From Hyphomicrobiales bacterium (GTDB lineage: Bacteria; Pseudomonadota; Alphaproteobacteria; Rhizobiales; JALURZ01), in assembly GCA_027058735.1 (NCBI GenBank), contig JALURZ010000052.1, positions 1 to 37,877 on the forward strand: a stretch of DNA of 37,877 nt, given 5' to 3'. Within the stretch, counting starts at the first letter, position 1. Each line of letters opens with the position of its first letter. The notes under the pieces are model-generated. The model searched no databases. It had not been told where the DNA came from and saw only the letters and a list, made by a program, of their open reading frames with translations. Position numbers and translations under genes: made by a program. This document shows positions 8,243 to 16,869 of this stretch, one piece after another.

Positions 8243-8276
8243 TTGATGCGCCGCTTCCGGCGAACTATGCTAGCAT
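8243..8276 (+). promoter_or_regulatory. Candidate sigma70-type promoter (TTGATG-N17-TATGCT) overlapped by the perfect palindrome ATGCTAGCAT
   Basis: -35-like hexamer at 8243-8248, a 17 nt spacer, and a -10-like hexamer at 8266-8271. The 10 bp perfect palindrome is at 8267-8276, about 37 nt upstream of the XRE-cupin ATG. This is a pattern match only. Confidence 0.3.
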
Positions 8277-8312
8277 CGCGGTTCAGGCAAGACTTTCCAT
8301 GATCGGTCCGAT

Positions 8313-8921
8313 ATGGCGAAGGCGGGCAGCGGCAAAGCCGGCAAGGCGGAAGCAAAGCCCTATGCGGCGGGCCTTGGCAAGACCATCCAGAGGCTGCGTA
8401 AGGCCTACAAGATGTCGCTCGGCGATTTGTCGGAGCAGTCGGGGGTCGCGAAGTCGATTATTTCCCAAATCGAACGCAATGAAACCAATCCCACCCTGGG
8501 CACGGTGTGGCGTCTGACCGAAGCGCTGGATACCACCGTTGAGGACGTTTTGCGCACCGATACCCGGCCCGTATTTCTCGAACATGCGGGAAAGTCCGCC
8601 ACCCCCGTGCTGATGAGCGAGGATGGTCTTTGCCGGCTCACCATCATCGGGGCGCTCGATGTCGTGGGGTGGGTGCAATGGTATGACTTCCGCGCGAAGC
8701 CGGGCGGCAGGCTTGAATCCGAGCCGCATCAGATGGGCTCGAGCGAGCATCTCAGCGTCCTGAAAGGCGCACTGGAAGTCACTGTCGGTGGCGAAACCAG
8801 GCTCGTCAAGGCGGGCGAGACCCTGCGCTACCGCGCGGATCGCGATCACGTCATCGCCAATACCGGCAAGACAGAGGCCCACGCGACCATGGTTGTGGTG
8901 CTCAAGGTCACGGTGATGTAG
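8313..8921 (+). CDS. XRE-family HTH transcriptional regulator with C-terminal cupin domain (PuuR-like architecture)
   Basis: HTH_3 signature LGKTIQRLRKAYKMSLGDLSEQSGVAKSIISQIERNETNPTLGTVWRLTEAL, followed by a ~100 aa beta-rich C-terminal part (GETLRYRADRDHVIANTG) typical of cupin_2 sensors. 202 aa. Confidence 0.85.
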   Translation: MAKAGSGKAGKAEAKPYAAGLGKTIQRLRKAYKMSLGDLSEQSGVAKSIISQIERNETNPTLGTVWRLTEALDTTVEDVLRTDTRPVFLEHAGKSATPVLMSEDGLCRLTIIGALDVVGWVQWYDFRAKPGGRLESEPHQMGSSEHLSVLKGALEVTVGGETRLVKAGETLRYRADRDHVIANTGKTEAHATMVVVLKVTVM

Positions 8922-8936
8922 CCGGTGCGACGGGGA

Positions 8937-9026
8937 TGGCGGATGGGGAGGGATTCGAACCCCCGAGACGCGCTAGCGCCTGCCGGTTTTCAAGACCGGT
9001 GCCTTCAACCACTCGGCCACCCATCC
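8937..9026 (-). tRNA. tRNA-Ser (anticodon UGA), CCA encoded
   Basis: The reverse complement reads GGATGGG TG GCC GAGTGGTTGAA GGC A CCGGT CTTGAAA ACCGG, then a long variable arm, GGGGG TTCGAAT CCCTC, CCCATCC G CCA. It has a 7 bp acceptor stem, anticodon loop CT-TGA-AA and a long extra arm. 90 nt. Confidence 0.93.
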
Positions 9027-9158
9027 AGGACCCCGTGTCCACGCTCTCCCGCAGGCGGATCGCCGCCCGCGGACCTGACAATCACCGCTGACAAACGCCC
9101 CGGACGCGCCAATTGACGATTGCCGGCTCCGGCCCGCCAGAATCAAAGACGTGCCCGC

Positions 9159-10856
9159 TCAACCGCTTTCTTCGCGCAGTTCCTTCTTGGAAAGCTTGCC
9201 GATCAGCGTCTTTGGCAGTTCATCGCGGAATTCGATCTGATCGGGCACCTCGATCGGCGAGAGCAGGGTTTTCAAAAACCGCCTCAGTTCCTCCGCATCG
9301 AGGGTCTTGCCATCCTTGATCTTGACGAAGGCCTTGGGCGCCTCGCCCCGGTAGTCGTCGGGAACGCCGATGACCGTGACTTCCTCGACCGAGGGATGCT
9401 TGTAGATGGCATCTTCCACATGCCGCGGATAAACATTGTAGCCGGAGCAGATGATGATGTCCTTGAGGCGGTCGACGATGTAGAAAAACCCGTCCTCGTC
9501 CATGTAACCCACATCGCCGGTGCGGAAATACCCATCCGTGAACGCCGCCTTTGTCTCGCCCGGCTGTTTCCAGTAGCCCGACATGACCTGCGGCCCCTTG
9601 GCGCAGATTTCGCCGCTTTCACCAAGCGGCATCTCGCGGGTCGGCTTTTCAACATCGCGCACTGAAATATAGGTAGCGGGCAGGGGTTGTCCGATCGAAT
9701 TCTCCTTGACCACGCCGGACAGGGGATTGGCGGTAATGACCGGCGAGGTCTCGCTCAGGCCATAGCCTTCAATCAACTTGCAATCGGCGATCTTCTCAAA
9801 GCCGAGCCGCACATCGAGCGGCAACGGCGCGCCGCCCGAAATACAATGCTTCAGGCTGTTCATGTCTTCGGCTCTGGCGTCGGGACTGTTCATGATCGCG
9901 TTGAACAGGGTCGGAACGCCTGGAAAGATGGTCGGCCGGCGCGTCTTGATCAGTTTCAGCGCGTCTTTCAGTTCAAAGCGCGGCATCATGATGATTTCCG
10001 CACCCAGAAAGACGCCGAAATTCAGGATGCCCGTCATCGCGAAAACATGGAAGAACGGCAATACGGCGAGGATCTTTTCAGAACCCTCCTCGACTTGCGG
10101 AAACCAGGCGCGCACCTGCTGCACATTGATCGTCAGATTGGCATGGGACAACATGGCGCCCTTGGGCAGCCCGGTGGTGCCGCCGGTATATTGCAGCACC
10201 GCCAGGTCCTTGTCCGGGTTGATCCTGACCGGCCCGGGCGCGGAGACATTCGCGATCAGATCGGCGAGCGGGACAATGGATTGGCGGACCGGGGAGCGCG
10301 AAATATCGGCGATCTCCGAGCGTTTCAGCAAACCGAACAAAAACCCCTTGAGCGCCGGCAGTTCTTCCCTGAAGGGGCAGACAACCGCTTTCTTGATGGT
10401 GCCGTTTTCGATCAGGGGTTCGAGTTTCGAGAACAGCACCTTGAGATCCACCGTGACCACGATATCGGCTTCACTGTCGGAAATATTGAAGGACAGTTCA
10501 TCGGTGGAATAGAGCGGGTTGAGGTTGACGACCGTGCCGCCGGCCTTGAGCGTGCCGTAATAAAACATGACGAAGGCAACCGAATTGGGCAGCAGCAGAC
10601 CCACCTTCTTGCCTTTGCCGATGCCCAGGGACTGCAACCCGGCGGCAGCCTTGTCCACCAGCGCCCCAACCTCGCGATAGGTGCGCTCCCTGCCGAGGAA
10701 ATAACTGAAAGCATGGTCGCCATATTTCGCCACCGACCGGTCGAACATGGCGTTCACCGCCTCGCCCCTGAATGCCGCATCCCACTTGATGCCTTCGGGG
10801 TAGTTTTTCAGCCATTGCAGTTTCTTGCCGGCCGGCTTGGCTTTGCGCTTCGCCAT
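9159..10856 (-). CDS. fadD: Long-chain fatty acid--CoA ligase (AMP-binding enzyme)
   Basis: AMP-binding motifs LQYTGGTTGLPKGAMLSH, GYGLSETSP, FRTGDVGYMDEDGFFYIVDRLKD and LPKTLIGKLSKKELR. A strong GGGAGGAG Shine-Dalgarno precedes the ATG. 565 aa. Confidence 0.9.
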   Translation of the reverse strand: MAKRKAKPAGKKLQWLKNYPEGIKWDAAFRGEAVNAMFDRSVAKYGDHAFSYFLGRERTYREVGALVDKAAAGLQSLGIGKGKKVGLLLPNSVAFVMFYYGTLKAGGTVVNLNPLYSTDELSFNISDSEADIVVTVDLKVLFSKLEPLIENGTIKKAVVCPFREELPALKGFLFGLLKRSEIADISRSPVRQSIVPLADLIANVSAPGPVRINPDKDLAVLQYTGGTTGLPKGAMLSHANLTINVQQVRAWFPQVEEGSEKILAVLPFFHVFAMTGILNFGVFLGAEIIMMPRFELKDALKLIKTRRPTIFPGVPTLFNAIMNSPDARAEDMNSLKHCISGGAPLPLDVRLGFEKIADCKLIEGYGLSETSPVITANPLSGVVKENSIGQPLPATYISVRDVEKPTREMPLGESGEICAKGPQVMSGYWKQPGETKAAFTDGYFRTGDVGYMDEDGFFYIVDRLKDIIICSGYNVYPRHVEDAIYKHPSVEEVTVIGVPDDYRGEAPKAFVKIKDGKTLDAEELRRFLKTLLSPIEVPDQIEFRDELPKTLIGKLSKKELREESG

Positions 10857-10951
10857 AATTCACGCTCCTCCCTCTTCCAGCATCACCTTATCGTGCTGAA
10901 TTGTCGATGCCCGCCACCTTCGCGACGACCCGCGATGATCCCTCATATCGT

Positions 10952-12877
10952 CTAGGCGGCTCGTGCGGGCCTTTCCGCATGGCGCTTCTTGATTTTTCGC
11001 GGCAACTCGATCACGAACCGCGCGCCGCCTTTTTTGTGGCGGCCGCACAACCAGATATCGCCATTATGCCGCTCGATGATCCTCTTGCATAGGGTCAGCC
11101 CGATCCCGGTCCCGTATTTTGGCGTTGAATGGGCCAGTTGCTGGAACGGTTCGAAGATGCGCTCGCGGTATTCAGGGTCGATGCCGATGCCGTTGTCGGT
11201 TACCGATATTCGCCACGCCGTCTTGGTCTGCCTGGCTTCGATGACGACGACGGGCGGCGATTCGCCGCGATAACGCACCGCATTGGTCAGCAGGTTCTGA
11301 AACACCTGGCGCATCAGCCCCGGTACGATGGCGACTTCCGGCAGCCGCCGGATGACCAGCCTGGTGTTTGTTTCCTCAAGCAGCGGCTCGAGATTGCGGA
11401 TCGCATCGTCAAGGGGATCGCGCAGGTTGGAGCGCACAAGGGTGAAGTGCGACGTCTCGATCTTCGACACCTCCAGCAGATCATCGATCAACTGCCCCAT
11501 CCGCGCCGCGCCCGTCTCCGCAATGTCGATCATTTCCCGGCCCTCCGCGTCCAGCAGGTCACGATGTTCCTTGCGGATGACGGAGCAGGCCATTTCGATC
11601 TTGCGCAACGGCTCCTTGAGATCGTGCGAGGCGGCGAAGGCGAAGCGTTGCAGGTCCACATTGGAGCGTTTCAGCCCCCTGGCCTGATCCTCCAGCACCA
11701 GTTCGGCCTGCCGGCGCGGGGTGATATCGGTGACGAAGCTGTAGAAGCCGTATTTGCCGTTCACCCCGCGCTCGGTGTCTCTCACCTGGGTAACGCGGCG
11801 GTGAACCGTTTCTCCGCGGATGGTCAGGGTCCGGTCCGACGACATTTTGCCGGTCCGCTGCATGGTCCGGTAGTCCTCCCACATTTCCACCAGAATGGAG
11901 CGCGAAGGAATGATATCCGGCCATTGCTTGCCTTTCAGATCCTCTGGAGACTTTCCCAGAAAAACGGCATAGGCATCATTGCAGTATTCCAGACGGCGCC
12001 GGGCGTCGAATTTGGCGATCCCTTCGATCGCGTGACAAACCGCGTAGCGAAACGAGGCCAGCCTGGCAAACGGTTCCACCAGAAATTGCTGGCCCAAAAC
12101 CCAGAACAGGGCAAAGACGAGGATCGTGCTGGTGAACAGTCCGAACACGATCTCCCAGAGGACAATCTTTTGGCGCGAATACGCGCTCGCCGCATCGATC
12201 CGGTAGTTCAGCGTGAGATCGAATGCGCTCAGGTGACGGGTGAACGTCGCAGGCCGCGTCATGTCGGGCGCAGGCGAGGAAATGGTCACATCGTTGCTTG
12301 ACAGAGATATCTGGTGAGGGAGCGAGTTGATGCTGCCGCCAAAAATTTTCACAAGATCGCGGTCAAGGCGGATTTCGGCGATCAGAACGCCCCGGATCGC
12401 GCCGCCGCCGCGCACGGGCACCGCGATGACGATAAACCGGCGCGGCGAACCGGCATCGCCTGCGGCCCGCAGCCACACCGCGTAGGCGGCAGTCCCGCCC
12501 AACAGCTTCCTGAAATATGGCTGCGACACATCGAAACCGAGAATGCCGGGCGGATCGCTGTTATAGATAATCCGTCCCGCCCCGTCGGCCAGGATCAGTT
12601 TTTCGCGCGCGCCCAGCAACGAGACGTTGTCCAGAAAGCCGGCCAGCCCGTCGCGCGAACTGCGCCCCTGCACGACGCCGCGGGTGACCGCTGGCATTTT
12701 CGCAATGTTGTCGAGAACCTGCAGCCGGTCGCCGATGAACGACCCCAGCCTGTCGGCATGCGCCGCCAAAACCGATTGGAAGGCGTCGCGATGAATATTC
12801 GAAATCGCCTTGCCGCCGCGAACGCTGATAACCGTAAAGTTGACCGCCATCAGCACGGCGAAAAACATCATCACCAA
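10952..12877 (-). CDS. Sensor histidine kinase: TM - periplasmic Cache-like domain - TM - PAS - HisKA - HATPase
   Basis: H-box FAFAASHDLKEPLRKI. N/G boxes in LLTNAVRY...VTDNGIGID...GTGIGLTLCKRII. Two hydrophobic helices flank a ~210 aa extracytoplasmic region containing SQPYFRKLL. The ORF-track start is a TTG and no ATG or GTG lies further upstream in frame, so the start is uncertain. Confidence 0.85.
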   Translation of the reverse strand: MVMMFFAVLMAVNFTVISVRGGKAISNIHRDAFQSVLAAHADRLGSFIGDRLQVLDNIAKMPAVTRGVVQGRSSRDGLAGFLDNVSLLGAREKLILADGAGRIIYNSDPPGILGFDVSQPYFRKLLGGTAAYAVWLRAAGDAGSPRRFIVIAVPVRGGGAIRGVLIAEIRLDRDLVKIFGGSINSLPHQISLSSNDVTISSPAPDMTRPATFTRHLSAFDLTLNYRIDAASAYSRQKIVLWEIVFGLFTSTILVFALFWVLGQQFLVEPFARLASFRYAVCHAIEGIAKFDARRRLEYCNDAYAVFLGKSPEDLKGKQWPDIIPSRSILVEMWEDYRTMQRTGKMSSDRTLTIRGETVHRRVTQVRDTERGVNGKYGFYSFVTDITPRRQAELVLEDQARGLKRSNVDLQRFAFAASHDLKEPLRKIEMACSVIRKEHRDLLDAEGREMIDIAETGAARMGQLIDDLLEVSKIETSHFTLVRSNLRDPLDDAIRNLEPLLEETNTRLVIRRLPEVAIVPGLMRQVFQNLLTNAVRYRGESPPVVVIEARQTKTAWRISVTDNGIGIDPEYRERIFEPFQQLAHSTPKYGTGIGLTLCKRIIERHNGDIWLCGRHKKGGARFVIELPRKIKKRHAERPARAA

Positions 12878-13052
12878 TGCGATGAACCGACCGAATAGTG
12901 AGCGCTGCTGCCAGGAGATCGTGCGTAGTCTGGAGAAGATGGGGCATTCTCCCGAAGCGAATCAGCCGATTGCGCCAAGTATAGAGAATTCCAGCAGCGA
13001 TGTGTTGAATCCGGCCCGTTGCGCCGCGCGCCGCTGACCCGTTGGCCGTGGA

Positions 13053-14393
13053 TCAAAACGCCAGGCGGGGCGCCGGGGCGCCATCCGTCATTTCCAGGAC
13101 CTGTGTGATCAGCCGGTCACAATCCTTCACGCCCCCGTGGCGCATCAGGCTTCCGGCCTTGGCGAGAAGGGCGGCGCGATCAAGGGCGGCATCCGGGTCG
13201 CCAAGCGCATCGGCGCACCTGTGCTCCAGAATTTCGCCCGACCGGAACGTTACCCTCACGCCGCCCCCCCAATGACGCGGATAGGCGCGTTGCAGAGCCG
13301 GATCATGGGTGAGCGAAACCCGGGCTCTCAGGGGCTCCAGAGCCTTGATCATCGCGGGATCGAAGGCGGACAAATCGACCGGGCCGAGTGTCAGGGCCGC
13401 GGCGGCGCAATGCTGCAGGGAAAACCTGGCTTCGTAACCGCCTTGGGGGTGCGGCCGGTCACACAGATCCAGGGCCGCCTGATAGGTCCTGACCTCGATG
13501 CCGGCTATGGCATCGAGGGATTGCTCCGGTCCGTTCAGGCTGTCGCGTATGGACCCCGCGCAATCGATTGTGGGATGGGTATGGCGGCAGGACGGCCACG
13601 GTTTCAGCGATGTCTGATGCGCCTGCCAGCCATCGCCTGGCCTGGCGACGACGGCGCCGGGCGCGCCGTCGGGGCACATGGCCGCGAAAAAGCCCCGTTC
13701 ACCTTCAAAAATCCGTTCAGCCCCGGTAAAGCCGTGCGCCGCCAGTTGGGCCGCCACCAGGCCGGCTTCGGCGGCGCGCGCCGCGTGCAGGTGCTTCGTC
13801 ATGGCCCCGGTTTCGATGAATTCCCACAGCCCCGCGGACTGGGTGCCGGCATTGGCCAGGGCATGGGCCGTCTGCCGTGTGTCCAGGCCCAGCAGGTCCG
13901 CCGCGGCCATGGCCGAACCGAACGGACCGCAGGTCGCCGTGTTGTGCCAGATGCGATAATGCGCTGCTCCGACTGCCATGCCGACCCGGGTTGCCGCCTC
14001 AAAGCCCTTGAGGACGGCACCCAGAACCCTTTTGCCGTCGCGTCCAAGCCGCGCGTCGCGGGCGACCAGCGCCAGCACCGCAGGCACCACCGCGCAACCG
14101 GGATGCACGACCGACGCACGGTGCAGGTCATCCATCTCCAGAATATGGCACAGGCCGCCATACAGAAAGGCCAGACGCCCGGCATCGGGCCGGTTCGCCG
14201 CATCGGGGTTCTGCGCGGCGGCCCATTTGAGCAATACCCGGCCCGGGTCACTGTTCCGGCCGGCGATAATATTGGCGAGCGCGTCGAGCAGCAGCACCGC
14301 CGCGCATTCGAGATCGCCGCCGGTGACCGGCTTTTGCGAAATCAGAGCCGCCAGCCGCCGGGAAACCGGGATGTCACCGGGTCCGGTTTGCAT
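13053..14393 (-). CDS. MmgE/PrpD family protein (2-methylcitrate dehydratase superfamily, specific function unknown)
   Basis: Family-typical N-terminus (VSRRLAALISQKP...DLECAAVLLLDALANIIAG), ...ILEMDDLH..., and a length of ~446 aa from ATG 14393. The ORF track extends to 14471, and alternative ATGs lie at 14405 and 14411. No prpB or prpC gene is nearby. Confidence 0.75.
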   Translation of the reverse strand: MQTGPGDIPVSRRLAALISQKPVTGGDLECAAVLLLDALANIIAGRNSDPGRVLLKWAAAQNPDAANRPDAGRLAFLYGGLCHILEMDDLHRASVVHPGCAVVPAVLALVARDARLGRDGKRVLGAVLKGFEAATRVGMAVGAAHYRIWHNTATCGPFGSAMAAADLLGLDTRQTAHALANAGTQSAGLWEFIETGAMTKHLHAARAAEAGLVAAQLAAHGFTGAERIFEGERGFFAAMCPDGAPGAVVARPGDGWQAHQTSLKPWPSCRHTHPTIDCAGSIRDSLNGPEQSLDAIAGIEVRTYQAALDLCDRPHPQGGYEARFSLQHCAAAALTLGPVDLSAFDPAMIKALEPLRARVSLTHDPALQRAYPRHWGGGVRVTFRSGEILEHRCADALGDPDAALDRAALLAKAGSLMRHGGVKDCDRLITQVLEMTDGAPAPRLAF

Positions 14394-14507
14394 TCTGTTC
14401 ACCATAACCATCCGCAGTTGCAGGCAAGGTTTGCACAGACGTGGAGCGTCAACAAATATTTTACCAGTCACGGTGCACAGTGCGCGCTCTGGTGTGTTTG
14501 TATTCCT

Positions 14508-14540
14508 GCGGCAGGCGGCGTTGCGTATTTCGCCTGCCGC
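14508..14540. repeat. Perfect 10 bp GC-rich inverted repeat (GCGGCAGGCG-N13-CGCCTGCCGC)
   Basis: Read directly. It lies in the divergent region between the PrpD-family gene and rlpA, so it is not positioned as a terminator for either gene. Confidence 0.5.
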
Positions 14541-14644
14541 ACCACGTTTCCGGCATCGCCCGGGGCGGGTGAGTGTAGCGAGTTATGCAATCAACAGCGC
14601 ACGGTTGCCACAGCGCCGGCCCTGACCCGCAGGGCCGGGTCTGC

Positions 14645-15544
14645 ATGCCGGCAAACAGCAAAATCGCCGTCTCGGCGCTGATGGCCGCGGTGCTGGCGCT
14701 GGCGGGATGCAGCTCAAAACCGACCGGCACGGGAAGCCCGCGCTATGACAAAGCCGGTCCGTTGCCCATCGGCGGCGGTGTCTACAAGGTGGGCAAGCCC
14801 TATCAGATCGCCGGCAACTGGTACTATCCCAAAGAAGAGCCCGATTACGACAGGACCGGCATTGCCTCCTGGTACGGTCCCAAATTTCATCGCCGCCAGA
14901 CCGCCAATGGCGAATGGTTCGACATGAACCGGCTGACCGCCGCTCATCCCACGCTTCCCTTGCCCTCCTATGCCCGGGTCACGAATCTGCGCAACGGACG
15001 CAGCCTGATCGTGCGGGTCAACGATCGCGGTCCATATGCCCGCAACCGCATTATCGACCTGTCGAAACGCAGCGCCTCGCTGCTGGGATTCATTGGAACG
15101 GGAACCACCCGGGTTCGCGTGCGCTATCTCTCGCCAGCGCCGCTGAACGGGGACGATCCGGCGGTCATGGCGCAAAACAGGCAGTTGATCCGCATGGCCG
15201 GCGGCGCATCGGCGCCCCTGACGACCGCAACCACGCGGCGCAAGGGCGACCGTCTCACGATTGCGCCGATCGCGGCCATGCCGGCCGCGCCCGGCCGCCG
15301 GCCGGGCGCCGGGCAACGCTATTTTGTTCAGGTCGCGGCTTTTTCGCGCCTCGACAACGCACAGATCGCGCAAAACCGCCTCACCGATATCGGCGTGACC
15401 CGCATCATTCCCGCGCAGGTCGCCGGCCGGACTTTCCATCGCGTGCGGCTCGGTCCGTTTCGCTCCGGGCAGGAAGCAGACCAGGTCCGCAGCCGGACCG
15501 TCACCGCCGGCTTTTCGGGCGCCCGCCTTGTCAAAACAGAATAA
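14645..15544 (+). CDS. rlpA: Septal ring lytic transglycosylase RlpA family lipoprotein with C-terminal SPOR domain
   Basis: Lipobox signal MPANSKIAVSALMAAVLALAGC. DPBB domain GIASWYGPKFHRRQTANGEWFDMNRLTAAHPTLPLPSYARVTNLRNGRSLIVRVNDRGPY. SPOR-like C-terminus YFVQVAAFSRLDNAQ...HRVRLGPF. Confidence 0.9.
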   Translation: MPANSKIAVSALMAAVLALAGCSSKPTGTGSPRYDKAGPLPIGGGVYKVGKPYQIAGNWYYPKEEPDYDRTGIASWYGPKFHRRQTANGEWFDMNRLTAAHPTLPLPSYARVTNLRNGRSLIVRVNDRGPYARNRIIDLSKRSASLLGFIGTGTTRVRVRYLSPAPLNGDDPAVMAQNRQLIRMAGGASAPLTTATTRRKGDRLTIAPIAAMPAAPGRRPGAGQRYFVQVAAFSRLDNAQIAQNRLTDIGVTRIIPAQVAGRTFHRVRLGPFRSGQEADQVRSRTVTAGFSGARLVKTE

Positions 15545-15733
15545 TTCACCGAAAAACCCGCATGCTCCCGCAACCCGGTTGATTTTTGCTCGCCGCGACC
15601 GCTAAGCTGGCGGTTCGCCAGGCAACGGATATTGCGACAGCGGCGCCAGACCGGCGCTATGTGGGGTGAGTCGATGAACAACCGTCCAATGTCACCGCGG
15701 CGCGGGCATGATCTCTCGCCCGGCGCGATTGCG

Positions 15734-16864
15734 ATGAGCATCCGCCGGTGTGTCCTGGCCTTGCTCGTTGTGGCGGGATTTGCCGCATCGGCCAGCGCCG
15801 CTGTCCTGAAAACGAGCGCACCCTACGCCATTGTCATGCACGCGAACAGCGGCGCCATTCTGCTTGAGAAGAACGCCGATGAACTGATGCAGCCGGCAAG
15901 CCTGAGCAAGCTGATGACCATGGTCATGGTATTCGAGGCGCTCAAGCGCGGCGAACTGTCGATGGACGAGGAACTGTTCATTTCAGAAAAGGCCTGGCGG
16001 CGCGGCGGTTCGCGCATGTTTGCGATAGTGGGAACGAAAGTCCCGGTCAGGGATCTCATTCAGGGGGTGATCGTGCAGTCCGCCAACGATGCGTGCATCG
16101 CCTTTGCCGAGGCGCTGAGCGGATCGGAAGAAGCGTTCGCGGCGGATATGACCGAGCGGGCGCGCGAACTGGGACTGACAAAGTCCACCTTCCTCAATTC
16201 GACAGGCTGGCCTGATCCGGGTCATCTCGTGACGGCCCGCGAACTGGCGCTGATCGCGCGCCGGCTGATCTATGAATTCGGGGACTATTACAAATATTAT
16301 TCGCAGCGCGAATTCACCTGGAACAAGATCAAGCAGCTTAACCGGAACCCCCTGTTGCGCCTGGACATTGGCGTTGACGGCCTGAAAACCGGCTATACGG
16401 AAGAATCGGGATATGGCCTGGTGGCCTCGGCGCAGCGCAACGGCCAGCGGATCATCATCGTCATCAACGGACTGAAAACCCGGAAAGAGCGGGCCGAGGA
16501 GGGACGCAAACTGATCCAGTGGGCGTTTGGCACGTTCAAGCCCTACCGGCTGTTCGAGGACGGTGTTGCGGTCGGCGAGGCGGCCGTGTGGGGCGGGGAG
16601 AAAGCCTATGTGCCGCTCAAGGCGCGCAAGGATGTCACCGTTTTGATGACACGGGCCGCGCGGCGGAAAATGAGTGCTGAAATCGTCTATACCGGACCGG
16701 TGCGCGCACCCATAGTCGAGGGCCAGCAGATTGCTGAATTGCGGATCAGGTCGATTGACAATTTCAAAGCCACGATCCCGCTTTATGCGGCACAGGACAT
16801 GCCTGAGGGAGGGCTGCTGACCCGCGGGCTCAATGCGCTGAAGTTCATGCTCCTGGGCGGCTGA
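15734..16864 (+). CDS. D-alanyl-D-alanine carboxypeptidase (PBP5/6-type serine peptidase S11)
   Basis: Signal peptide MSIRRCVLALLVVAGFAASASA. Active-site motifs PASLSKLMT (SxxK), QSANDA (SxN) and LKTGYT (KTG). The start at 15734 was chosen for the signal peptide; the ORF track starts at 15632. Confidence 0.9.
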   Translation: MSIRRCVLALLVVAGFAASASAAVLKTSAPYAIVMHANSGAILLEKNADELMQPASLSKLMTMVMVFEALKRGELSMDEELFISEKAWRRGGSRMFAIVGTKVPVRDLIQGVIVQSANDACIAFAEALSGSEEAFAADMTERARELGLTKSTFLNSTGWPDPGHLVTARELALIARRLIYEFGDYYKYYSQREFTWNKIKQLNRNPLLRLDIGVDGLKTGYTEESGYGLVASAQRNGQRIIIVINGLKTRKERAEEGRKLIQWAFGTFKPYRLFEDGVAVGEAAVWGGEKAYVPLKARKDVTVLMTRAARRKMSAEIVYTGPVRAPIVEGQQIAELRIRSIDNFKATIPLYAAQDMPEGGLLTRGLNALKFMLLGG

Positions 16865-16869
16865 AGGCT

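Noticed and set aside
3937-9026. Possible genomic island integrated at the 3' end of tRNA-Ser, covering the XRE regulator, kbp, the amine oxidase and the DUF pair.
   Set aside because: There is no integrase, no mobility genes and no obvious compositional shift by eye. I could not find a direct repeat of the tRNA 3' segment (for example GGATTCGAACCCCCGAG) elsewhere in the window.
9075-9094. The direct repeat CTGACAA-N6-CTGACAA (TTGTCAG twice on the tRNA strand) upstream of tRNA-Ser, as a possible -35 element or binding site.
   Set aside because: No acceptable -10 hexamer follows either copy at 16-18 nt. A 7-mer repeated once is within chance expectation.
8925-9116. A 63 aa plus-strand ORF.
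   Set aside because: It runs antisense straight through the tRNA-Ser gene and has no ribosome-binding site, so it is spurious.
10861-10875. A CTCCTCCCTC string resembling the anti-Shine-Dalgarno loops of rhizobial AbcR/alpha-r14 type sRNAs.
   Set aside because: It is simply the complement of the strong GGGAGGAG ribosome-binding site of fadD on the other strand. There is no flanking hairpin or terminator.
12939-13037. A 32-codon ORF (MGHSPEANQPIAPSIENSSSDVLNPARCAARR) in the histidine kinase / PrpD-family intergenic region, preceded by GGAG.
   Set aside because: The GGAG is only about 3 nt from the ATG, which is too close. There are no recognisable features. It is the tail of a 75 aa ORF that is antisense to the kinase start.
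13137-14681. A 514 aa plus-strand ORF, longer than the PrpD-family gene it overlaps. There are many similar long antisense ORFs: 607-1692, 2946-4124, 3907-4944, 6112-7356, 9687-10955, 11129-12301, 18769-19974, 19996-20979, 23078-24283, 25973-27061, 27062-28534, 29083-30123, 34183-35190, 35274-36329 and 36353-37486.
   Set aside because: These are shadow frames typical of high-GC genomes. Their products are Arg/Gly/Ala/Pro-rich low-complexity strings with no recognisable motifs. In every case the opposite strand encodes a protein with clear family signatures.
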